Part shown: in pieces, positions 1-10,965 of the stretch
Position numbering within the stretch: position 1 is the stretch's first letter
Layout: every line of letters starts with the position of its first letter
Translations under genes and position numbers: made by a program
Assembly: GCA_020137815.1 (NCBI GenBank)
Contig: CM035358.1
Span: forward strand, 7,130,001 to 7,194,000
DNA length: 64,000 bases
DNA from: Hormiphora californensis
Taxonomy: Eukaryota > Animalia > Ctenophora
Reading direction: 5' to 3'
The notes under the pieces: model-generated
Seen by the model: only the letters and a program-made list of their open reading frames with translations
What the model was told of the DNA's origin: nothing
Databases searched by the model: none

Positions 1-605
1 CCACCATCATGGCAACTCCCCAAACCCCCCACCAAACACCCCTAACAACACGCCAATTTTCCACGTGCAAACCCTAAAAACCCCCTCCCCCAAATTTTGT
101 CTTGCAACCATCTCTGCTTTATAATATAGATGGTAGGCACCTCATCTGGTTCTCAAGTCCAAGATAATTGACAAAAAGATATAGAGATCGATAGAGATAG
201 AGATAGATAGAAAGAGCGATAAAACATTCTCCAAATCGTATTTCATTTTATCGTCTAACACTCCCAATAAGCTTCCCCGAATCATGAGGTTCAGTATCTC
301 ATATATCGTTTCACTCTTATCTGCTAATAATGACAAAAAGAGATAGAGATAGATAGAAAGAGCGATAAAACATTCTCCAAATCGTGTCTCATATATCGTC
401 TAACACTCCTAATAAGCTTCCCCGAATCATGTTCCATACTTCCATATACCGTATCGTCTCACACTGCTAATGAGCTCCCCCGAATCATACGTTTCGTATC
501 TCGTATCGTTTCACTCTGCTAATGACTCATCCCAGAATCGTTTCAGTAAGGGGGGTGGATATGTGACACTGTCACATATCCATCCCACTCATTAGAATTT
601 GTCAG

Positions 606-867
606 TGGATTCACTAGCTATAATTGTTATCGACGTCACGATTCACGAACAACACTTCAACGTTCAACGAGTACCGGGAGGTTTTTGAAGAGTGTGAAAG
701 ATCAGAAACTTAAGCCAGGCAATTTCTGGGAACATCCTACCTATACTACTTTCTCGAAAATCAGACCTGTTGGAGAGTTTTTTACTGTGGATCCTGATAG
801 TGATAATGCAAGGCGGCTGTTTAGTACCTACCCGATCATAGATTTGAATAAACATCGTGTTAAGTAG
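606..867 (+). CDS. Probable terminal exon of a gene starting upstream of the window (…KLKPGNFWEHPTYTTFSKIRPVGEFFTVDPDSD…HRVK*)
   Basis: Acceptor tttgtcag ends at 605; the frame is open to TAG at 867 and followed by AT-rich UTR-like sequence. No recognisable domain. Confidence 0.35.
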
Positions 868-1079
868 CTGCTGATTCACGTGAAAAGCTCTATGAACTGT
901 CTAAAGAAGGACCCCTTTTACCATTATATTCAAGATGAACTGATAGTGTAATTTTAATTTATTATTATGTAAATCGTTTACATTTGTGCTCATTATTCAT
1001 ATTGTGCTCATTCAATCATACTACTTACTATTCAAATTGTCAGTGCTACATCACCTAGCAACTACACCTGCACGTGCAA

Positions 1080-1614
1080 TTATTAGAGCAACTTAGAAAC
1101 CTCACTCCCAGTTGCAGTTTTGGGTACCAAGGGCCAATTCAATTCTGCACGTGCATTCTTTTACTTCTGTCCTGATGTCTAGCTCTTCCACCCCAAGCGC
1201 TATTCGGCAACGGTTATATAGGTCCAGAAGATCTGCTGCTGTCAGGGAGCAGGCTAAAGAATATGACAGATTACGCCAACGTGTTCAAGCGAGCCAATCA
1301 ACGGACAACGACTACGGATAGCTTTACCCAACGTCGCCCAAGGGTGATTACTCCAGTCGAATTTAGAAATCTCCGAATCGGCTACATAGCGGGGAAGTTT
1401 TTACGTGATGAGTTTCTGGAACAGCACTGCACCTCCATGACATTGATCTCTTAAATTCGCACCTTGACATTGTCAGGAAGCCCAGAGCGTACAACAACAT
1501 GGGTAGGGAGAAAGTGAGAGAGGCTAGGAACGGATGGTGCATGTGATGTCAGCGTTCCCTAATCTAGCTACCATTTCCCCGAAATTCGCCCGTAGGGCGA
1601 ACGGGCCTACTAGT
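1080..1614 (+). mobile_element. Degenerate Helitron-like remnant (3' end)
   Basis: Hairpin gcccgtagggcgaacgggc is followed by CTAG|T at 1610-1614, typical of a Helitron 3' terminus. Short R-rich ORF fragments lie upstream. The 5' boundary is approximate. Confidence 0.4.
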
Positions 1615-1617
1615 ATT

Positions 1618-2452
1618 CCCGGTGCCCAGATATTGCAAATACCCAAGAGAGTAATGCACTTAATTTGGCAGCAAATTAAAGACGAGGCAGCATATTGGAC
1701 AAGCTGCCTAGTAGTCAGCAGTTCAATAAATATCGCTATCGGCAGTAATAAATGTACTGGGGGCCAGGGCTTAATCTTTATAAATCATTTAAAAAGTTTT
1801 TAAAAAGTGTCCCACCCGGGATCGGTCGGGAATCGAACCCGGGCCTCACGCGTCAGAGTGGAGGCAGCACAGGCAGCACAAATTTACCCCATATTTACAT
1901 AGAAAATTTAGTCTCATTTTATGCAATATCAGTTTTACTTTTCCGGCTATTATATTCGAAGAAGTATTCCAAACACGAATATGAAGGAAATAAACAAATT
2001 GAACGTCACAAATTTTCTTAATCCTTCTGCTGCCTCGGGTACCATTATTTACCGATTTTTTGGCTATTTCCGCCCTTCTACCCATCCAATTTGGTAATAT
2101 TCGGTGCAGGGACATCCACAGTATCGATAAACAAGTGCCTAAACCGATAAACGGGGAAAAACGGTAAAACTTAGCATGATATAGAAGGCAGCATGAGGCA
2201 GCACGTATTTAGCTTAATTAAGATAGATCCGTGCTGCCGGCAGCACGAGTTCGATTCCCGACCGGGCCCGGGTGGGACAATTTTTTTTAAATTTTTTCAA
2301 ACTTTATAAATGATTTATAAATGATTTCTAAAAACTTTCTAGACATTTATTTTACTAGGCAGCAAAATCGTCGATTTTTGGGACAAAGTTGGCAGCATAT
2401 TTGACTTTTGAAAATCGTATTTATCTAAAATTTTGAAAATCCGGGCACCGGG
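1618..2452. mobile_element. Non-autonomous TIR DNA transposon with 8-bp TSD (hAT/P-like)
   Basis: TIR cccggtgccc…gggcaccggg; direct repeat ctagtatt at 1610-1617 and 2453-2460; internal inverted repeats ~1780-1840 and ~2245-2320. Confidence 0.8.
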
Positions 2453-2474
2453 CTAGTATTATATGATTCGATCT

Positions 2475-2700
2475 CTCACGTGTCACTCACGTGTCACTCA
2501 CGTGTCACTCACGCGTCACTCACGTGTCACTCACGTCCCTCTCACTCTCACTAGCTTTGGCTCATGGAACCCAATCAGATCACATTTCTATGAGCCATAG
2601 TTGTATGCATCTATGGCTCATAAAATCTATGAGCCATAGTTGCATGCATCTATGGCTCATAGATTCTATGAGCCATAGTTGCATGAGCCATAGTTGTAGG
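2475..2700. repeat. Short tandem repeats (tcacgtgtcac-type and atgagccatagttgcatgcatctatggctcat palindromic units)
   Basis: Directly visible tandem units. Confidence 0.8.
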
Positions 2701-2884
2701 TAATCGATTTTGAGCGGCAATAACGCAAAATGCTCAGAAAGCTAATCTCTACAACCTCCAACAAACTTGTCCAATTCTGATTCTGTCCACTCTCACTTTA
2801 AATGTATCCAACCCCCGTAATACAGGGTGTCCCACTGCACTGTCTTTGCGTCACCCCTCTAATATATATCTCCTATAATTTCAG

Positions 2885-5800
2885 CGGCCGGTTCGACCCT
2901 CAACACTAAAGCGGTTAGAGCAATGAATGATGACGGAAGAAGGAATGTAGAGTTCGGCCAGAATGGGACGATAGGGGCCCTAGTCCTTAACCCGGGATCA
3001 ACCAATGTGTGCGACCAAAAGGGAAAATGTGAGTTGTTGATACATCAGTTCTTGTTGTAGTTGATCCAGCAGAGTGACAGCTTGAGAGAAAAACAGTTTG
3101 AGTGTGTGTGTGTGTGTGTGTGAGAGAGAATTCGCAAGAATAAAGAACCGAGATAGAGATGTTAGAGATATTCGCATGTACTCAGGGATTGTCAAGCACA
3201 CTCCTAAAAGAACAAAGCTGACTGTGTGGCCTCTAAATCTTCTGAAAACAGACAGTTTCTGTTTCATAATTTAATTGAGAATATTATGAAATCGTTACAC
3301 GCACGCGTGTGTACACTGTTATACGGAACACATAGTATTTTAACGAATGCACGACAGTTTTAAAATCCGGGAATTTTTGCCCAATTATTTTATCATTATT
3401 GTAAATCCCTACTCTTTACCAGACGAGGAGGTACAGAGGAAAGCAGCAGCGGCAAAAGATGCACCCCCAGTGGAACGAGTGAGAAGTGATACTGCCGGGA
3501 GGATAGCCAAGTTGGGCAAAACAGGAACTTATGGGATACTTCACGGCAACTCGATTACTCCAAATGATCCAAAATGCAAACGATGTAGGTTAATCAGCAG
3601 TAGCAGCATTTTGGTGTATTTGTACATCATATCACTTGATGTAGCTCTTGTGAAGCAACAACCCTATTGAGGCCACGGTCAACAGGGGGTTCCCCTGTCG
3701 GTCCATATAACGACATTGTTAATGTTCTAATACTCCTTGAGAGAGAGTCCAGCAGGAACCGACCGAAACAAGTAAACAACCAATCAGAACTCGTTATTTA
3801 GGTCACGTGACTGGTTATCAGCCAATCAGGGACCAGTATTTCCTGATTCGGTCGGTTCCTGGAGTCCAGGGTCATGCAATTCAATATAACACCTCCCCTT
3901 CCGGCCCAGTCAGTGAACAAGTGAAGCAAAGATTTCATGCATCCCAAGCCATGCCCGTCCCTAAAGCACGGTACGATGATGCCAACAATAACCTGAGAAA
4001 GGGGACAGTTGGGAGATTAGGGGTCCTACTTCAGGGAAAACCTTACTCTATCAACAGTGATAGGAACAGATGTGAGTGGAGCATTGCTGGAGCATTATAT
4101 GTCCAAATATGGGTATTATATATGTCCAAATATGGCATTGATATGTCTTTCTCCCTGGCCGTGCTTGAAAACTATTTTGTGAGATCTGGTTACATCAAAT
4201 CGAGTTTATAATGTGTGTCTCTTCTTGCCACTCGCAACCTTTGACTATTTGTACTTCCCTTTTATCGCCCGACTGTTTCCCGACTAAAAACTCTATACCC
4301 CCAGACAACGAGGGAGTCTCCAGAGCCCTGACTGCGGAGGTAACTCAGCCAGTTGCAAGGGTTAAACCAGAAGCGGCTGATATTGCTTACCAGCACAAGG
4401 GGTTTATCAAGAATCTGATCGTGGATGTGTCCAACAAACCAAAGAAGAATCGTGAGTTCTCTGAGGTTTTTTAGGTCCTAGAATAGGTTCTATAGGGGGG
4501 GGGGGTGACACGTAACACTTTGTAACACTTTGTAACATGTAACGTGCACAAAAAGTTTTCTGCACATGTTACAAAGTGTTACAAAGTGTAACGTGTCACC
4601 CCCCCCTCTATATCAAGGATGGTTAATAAACATGTCCGAGGCTAACTTTTGTATCTACAGTTAAGAAAAGCGCCAGTATCGACCAGTTGAATTACAACCG
4701 AATGAAGAAGAAGGAGAAAGAGGGACAGAAAAAGATGGAGAATGAGCCAGATAAACCGCTTTGGAAAAATAGTAAATACGAGCGAACAGAGAGCCGGCTG
4801 AAACAATGGATGGTAGGTTAAATGACCAAATATGGGCATAACATGACACCATATATGGTCATAACATGACATTTCTCCTCACTAGGACACGACGTATGGT
4901 CCTGGAGCTACCTCTGCCAGACCTGGGTCAGCTAGAGCAGCCAAGAAAGACGCACCAAAACAGGGACAGCGACCATCGTCTTCCGGGGGTCGGTTGAAGA
5001 AATCTGCTTCTGACGTAAGTTGGAATTGGTTTAATTGAGGAAGACAAGTCTTTTAATCTTTTCTATAAAATACCACTATCTTTCCTTGTTATAATCTTGT
5101 TTTTCTCTCATCCAGTCGTGTGTGAAGAGGAATTTCCTTGTTGAAAACTCCCGAAAAGCGAAAGAAACACAACCTCGAGTGAATCCCATGAAAGTAGCTG
5201 ATGCGAGACAGATTAGGAAGAGCGAGGACGCAAGGAAGAGTTATCAAAAGGGGGTCGTCCCTGGATAGTAAGTAATAGCTGCATAGCAGGAACCGACCGA
5301 ATCAGGAAATACTGGTCCCTGATTGGCTGATAACCAGTCACTTGACCTAAATAAAGAGTTCTGATTGGTTGTTTACTTGTTTCGGTCGGTTCCTGCTGCA
5401 TAATAATGCGAAAAAGCAGGGGTATTGGCGGGATAATCAGGGGCTGATAGTGAGACCGCAGAATCTGTCGTGTGCTGCGCACAAAAGACTAGCAAATTTG
5501 AGTGGGTTGTACGGAAAAGCTTGCTGAGAGAGCAAATAACGGAATTTTTCCAAATTTTTTTCACTGTGGGATTCACAAGACCGTCACCTACAGCCCAGTG
5601 AAATCCCCGTGAAAAACGGTTAATTACAAGGTTCGCAGTGATCAAAACCGTAAACAACTTCATTTTTCAGTTTTCTTCATTTTTGAGAGGGTAGAGCTCT
5701 TTACCACACTGTCACTCAAAATTGAGATAGAAAATCGAAAAAAATCGTCAAGTGTGTATCTCAAAATTGTCCATTCTTTCGATTCCCGGGTTTTTTGAAA

Positions 5801-6163
5801 CTCCTAGGGCAACCGTCTAGGGTGCAACCTCAAAAAACTTTGAAAACACCGTTTTTTTGAGCGCCGGATGAATTCTGCGGTCTCACTCAAAGTCACGTGA
5901 CTTAGGACTAATTAGGCAAGTGAGAGCTGGGTTGTGAGACCGCAGAATGTGTTGTAATTCGTATATTCATATGAATCTCTCTCTCTCCCTCTCTTCAACA
6001 CCACATTCTCTCCTTTTTGAGTGTAGAAACACACCAAGGGGGGGGGAGTCTTTGGCCTTTCCTCGATCGAGTTGATCAGAAACTGGGAGAGTGCAGTGGG
6101 CAGTGGCTGTAAAAATGAAAATATAGTCAAAGCTTTCATCATCTGCCTATCTCTCTCTCTCTC

Positions 6164-6229
<66 letters not shown>

Positions 6230-6316
6230 CTAGTCTCTCGATAAATCTTAAGGCTGTAAAAAGCCTGGATATCTCTGACAATCCTACTTTGTTTTTCTAA
6301 GTTTTTATTGAAAGAG

Positions 6317-6395
<79 letters not shown>

Positions 6396-7011
6396 GAGAG
6401 AGAAGAGGTCGAGAGATAGACTAGAGCTGATACCGAGAATATGCTCTCCTGAGATCTCCTCTATCACTACGAGCGCTCACTCTCGTGATGGAGAGGATTG
6501 GAGAGAATGAGAGAAGTGCTGACAATATAGTGGTACTGGGCACTTGCGTCTCCTTCGGTTATTATAATAACACGGTGCCAACAGTAGCTGGCTGCTTAGT
6601 GGCTATACCGTAGTCCTACCAAACCAAACCAGAGAATGAGAGAGAATGAGAATGAGAGATGGAGGGAATAACGACTAAGAAGATCTAGGTACTCGTATTA
6701 TAGGTCTGGGTTAATGATTGATCCTCAGAAATTGTCCTCATTTATGGCCACCCAGTGTTATACCATCTTCTCTTCGAGGTGATGATAGAAATAAGAGATG
6801 AATCTTGCCACATTCGTCTGGAACCACATACACGGTGCTGAGAAGGTCAACATAGCGTGGACCTCATCTCGGGTACTGGGCAGTAGTTATTATCAACCTC
6901 TTGGGCATCTCGCACCCCTCTGTTCTGTACAGGGCTTGGCCGCTACACACAGCCAACTCAAGCTCCTTCTCTTTCTCTATCCTTTGGCTGATCTCAACTA
7001 GATGAGAGAGA

Positions 7012-7108
<97 letters not shown>

Positions 7109-8329
7109 GGTCCACTACACGCACCACTCCCACATGGGGCCGTGAGGCCCCATGCGAGAGCAGGGTTAAATCCCCCGGACCCGGATCCTGTTGGATCTGA
7201 GGGCCCGGAGGGCCTGCGGAGTAAAGGTAGGGTAGGTAGAACAATGTACATACGGGTAAATTTAACAATGTACATATGGGGATGATATTAAAAAGGGGGA
7301 AGTAAAGTGGGATTAAAGCTCATGGTGACGGAGCACAAGACCTCCTAAACTATCTGCAAAGAAGCCCAATCTGCTACAATGAATTCTAAGAAGAGACAAC
7401 TTATCAGGAACTGAAGAAGCAAACCGTCTGAATCTAAGGCAGCCTAAAACAAGCAGGAACGGGTTCGAGCGAAAAAAATAATAAATTAATACAAATGGAT
7501 GATGATTACATGTCGAGCCAGAGAGGACAGCCAGCCCGCTCCAGAGAAGCCAGCTGACCCCGTCCCAGAGAAGACAGCCAACCCCGCTCCAGAGAAGCCA
7601 GCTGACCCCGCCCCAGAGAAGACAGCCACCCCGCTCCAGAGAAGACAGCTGACCCCGCTCCAGTAAGGACAGCTGACCCCGTTCCAGTAAAGACAGCTGA
7701 CCCCGTTCCAGTAAAGACAGCTGATCCCGTTCCAGAGAGGACAGCCACCCCGTTCCAGAGAGGACAGCCGACCCCGTTCCAGTAAGGACAGCTGACCCCG
7801 CTCCAGTAAAGACAGCTGACCCCGCCCCAGAGAGGACAGCCACCCCGCCCCAGAGAGGACAGCCGACCCCGTTCCAGTAAGGACAGCTGACCCCGCTCCA
7901 GAGAGGACAGCCACCCCGCTCCAAAGAATCATCTCCGATGTAGAACCCTATCAAAAATGGAAGAAGTGGGTTAGGGGGGCCAGTAGAACAAAAACAGTAT
8001 TGGTTAGCGGGTTAGTGGATAAAGGGGCGTTGGGGGTCCACAGTTGGCTGGAAGATGCCTGTTCCACTGGTAACCCTGAGCCGGAGAAGGCGGGGTAGGA
8101 ACGTAGTAGTTGGCGTTGATACACTGTGGGCCACCTAGCCTTGCCAAGATGTTTTTGTATTTTGTATTTTCTGATTTTTTTTCCGTATTTCTGATACACA
8201 GCCACGCTCAGCCGCGGCCACACGGACCTGGAAATCGAACAGGGGGAAAAGGGGATGGGGAAAAGGTACTCCGTGTGACCCCGTTGCCCGGGGGAAACCG
8301 ATTGGAGGTGGTGGCAGGTGGACCAACTC

Positions 8330-8405
<76 letters not shown>

Positions 8406-8539
8406 ACTCTCCTCTCTCTCACTCTCTCTCACTCTCTCACTCTCTCTCTCTCTCTCTTTCAATAAAAACTTCAAGAAAAACAAAGTAGGATTTCAGAGAT
8501 ATCCAGGCTTTTTCCAGCCTTATGATTTATCGAGAGACT

Positions 8540-8626
<87 letters not shown>

Positions 8627-9991
8627 GTGAGAGAGAGAGAGAGAGATAGGCAGATGATGAAAGCTTTGACTATATTTTCATTTTTACAGCCACTGCCCAC
8701 TGCACTCTCCCAGTTTCTGATCAACTCGATCGAGGAAAGGCCAAAGACTCCCCCCCCCCCTTGGTGTGTTTCTACACTCAAAAAGGAGAGAATGTGGTGT
8801 TGAAGAGAGGGAGAGAGAGAGATTCATATGAATATACGAATTACAACACATTCTGCGGTCTCACAACCCAGCTCTCACTTGCCTAATTAGTCCTAAGTCA
8901 CGTGACTTTGAGTGAGACCGCAGAATTCATCCGGCGCTCAAAAAAACGGTGTTTTCAAAGTTTTTTGAGGTTGCACCCTAGACGGTTGCCCTAGGAGTTT
9001 CAAAAAACCCGGGAATCGAAAGAATGGACAATTTTGAGATACACACTTGACGATTTTTTTCGATTTTCTATCTCAATTTTGAGTGACAGTGTGGTAAAGA
9101 GCTCTACCCTCTCAAAAATGAAGAAAACTGAAAAATGAAGTTGTTTACGGTTTTGATCACTGCGAACCTTGTAATTAACCGTTTTTCACGGGGATTTCAC
9201 TGGGCTGTAGGTGACGGTCTTGTGAATCCCACAGTGAAAAAAATTTGGAAAAATTCCGTTATTTGCTCTCTCAGCAAGCTTTTCCGTACAACCCACTCAA
9301 ATTTGCTAGTCTTTTGTGCGCAGCACACGACAGATTCTGCGGTCTCACTATCAGCCCCTGATAATGTGATTGTGAAAAAGCGGGGGTAAACTTGGTTGTA
9401 ATGGTCCCTTTTTTCTCTCTCGTCCAACATTTGGAAATTAGATTCGCATATTCGAGGGTTTTTGACACTGGGCATTTCTTTCCCATTCCTTCTGTAGAAT
9501 ATATGAACATTAAAGATGTTATGAAGTTGTCACCCTCAAACCCCAATACCTTTCGCAGCCTACAAGAACGTGTACAAAAATGGAAGGAAGAGGAAGAGGA
9601 GAGAGTTGCTAACCTCCCTGACCCCACTGTCCCTGCTGGGCATGTTTTAATGGACAAAAAGGAAAAAGATGAAACTCTACAAGTACTGCTCAGGAGTAAG
9701 TTGATCACAATTAATAATTGATAGTAATAATAAATCAATAACAATCGCTAATTAGCAGACAAATTAATGAAGTCTGTATCTAGAATTACTGACAGCCTCA
9801 TCTCATGTCACTAAAATATAACGCTACCCACACTAGGTAAAGATAAACTGACAGAACAGCTGAAAGGTCTGCCACTACGAAACGATACTCTCCGATTACA
9901 CAACACAAGGAAAGAGATCGATGGAAAACTTTCCGAGATTGAGGATGCTATTAAGATATTCAGCAGACCGCGTGTGTTTATCAAACAGTAG
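2885..9991 (+). CDS. ENKD1: Enkurin domain-containing protein 1; exons 2885-3028, 3423-3584, 3910-4071, 4305-4451, 4661-4812, 4886-5014, 5116-5267, 9559-9695, 9837-9991
   Basis: All introns are GT-AG and phases are consistent. The C-terminus [40 protein letters not shown]…[25 protein letters not shown] matches the enkurin domain of ENKD1. First in-frame ATG is at 2923; the true start is uncertain. Confidence 0.88.
3753..3861 (+). mobile_element. 109-bp hAT-type MITE (caggaaccgaccga…tcggtcggttcctg)
   Basis: 14-bp TIR with perfect 8-bp TSD gagtccag. Other copies at 5287-5395, ~44204-44303 and ~49081-49140. Confidence 0.9.
4491..4612. mobile_element. Small palindromic MITE (ggggtgacacgt…acgtgtcacccc)
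   Basis: Near-perfect inverted repeat flanked by tata, inside an ENKD1 intron. Confidence 0.7.
5287..5395 (-). mobile_element. Second copy of the 109-bp hAT MITE
   Basis: Reverse-complement copy with TSD ctgcata(g/a). Confidence 0.88.
5438..9360. mobile_element. 3.9-kb foldback element with ~950-bp terminal inverted repeats in ENKD1 intron 7
   Basis: 5438-~6385 is the reverse complement of ~8334-9360. Termini caggggctgatagtgagaccgcag; 5-bp TSD ataat (5433-5437, 9361-9365). No transposase ORF. Confidence 0.9.
7518..7925. repeat. GC-rich ~22-24-bp minisatellite (cagctgaccccgttccagtaaaga variants)
   Basis: Direct tandem units; these explain the overlapping low-complexity ORFs. Confidence 0.85.
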
Positions 9992-10172
9992 TGGGACACT
10001 TAGAGTTGCCTTCTGGCGAAGAGCTGACTTTGTTAGAAAGATCAAAGACGTTGCAGATCGTGAATTTAGGGTTAGATCAATGTTAGTTTCAGACTGGGAC
10101 AATATGAGACAAATATATTACAGAGATAGCATGTTGTACTTTTAGAGAGGAAAGAGACAGCAAGAAAAGATA

Positions 10173-10283
10173 CCGTCGGACCCCGATTTACCGGGAGCAT
10201 CAATTTCCCAATATATAGACAGATTTTGATTTACCGGGCAAAACCCTTTCCCCCGAGAATCCCGGTAAATCAGGGTCCGACTG
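10173..10283. mobile_element. Tc1/mariner-type MITE (c[c/a]gtcggacccc…gggtccgactg)
   Basis: Inverted termini with a TA on the left; related sequence at ~50641 and ~51350. Confidence 0.65.
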
Positions 10284-10965
10284 TTATACACCCCTTCAGC
10301 TGTTATAATAGACAGAAATCAGTTTGTATAGATATCCGCGGGGTGTTATAAAGTGACAGTTTCATAATTGCAACTGACTGTGCTATGTATTGACTTTTTT
10401 GTGAGAACGTTTTATGTACATTTTTAATAAAACCCCGCTTTTTATTTTGCCAACCGTCAACACCACAGTGACTTTGGGTTGATAATTTACTGACTCAAAG
10501 GATCACTGATTGGCCGTTTGGATAGTTCTCGGTACTGCACACACACACACACACACCCCCCCCCCCTTTTGTCAAGGTCCCTCTCATTTGACGGTTGGTG
10601 CGTGTAACTGTGTGCCACCCTCTGTCCCACACTCAACAGCACATTGTCTGTAACGCGCGGCAACACATGACTGAATGTGTGCGCGCAAATCGGGCGGGTA
10701 ACCAAGACGACTTCAGCGGAAAATAGCCCAAAAAGTATCAAAGGCACTTAGCGGTTGACCTCGATCATCCGGTATCGGAGACGATTTTGTCAATGGACCC
10801 CAGTTGAACAGAAGACAGTATATCACAATCATTTAATTTGTGGGAAATGAAATTGAAAATTAATAAAAAGTACAAATAATATCGTCTCTCTCTTTTGGAG
10901 GAAATTGGCTAAAAATAAAGATAGCTATCATTGGTAAAGTGTCTACTGCATCACACACTATCTCT

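Noticed and set aside
1812-1870. tRNA gene
   Set aside because: Only a T-arm/B-box-like piece is present, with no complete cloverleaf; it lies within a transposon IR.
8262-8335. HDV-like ribozyme on the minus strand (GGGGGAG…ttccccc-gg)
   Set aside because: P1- and P3-like pairings are possible, but I could not find a P2 3' strand or catalytic C segment.
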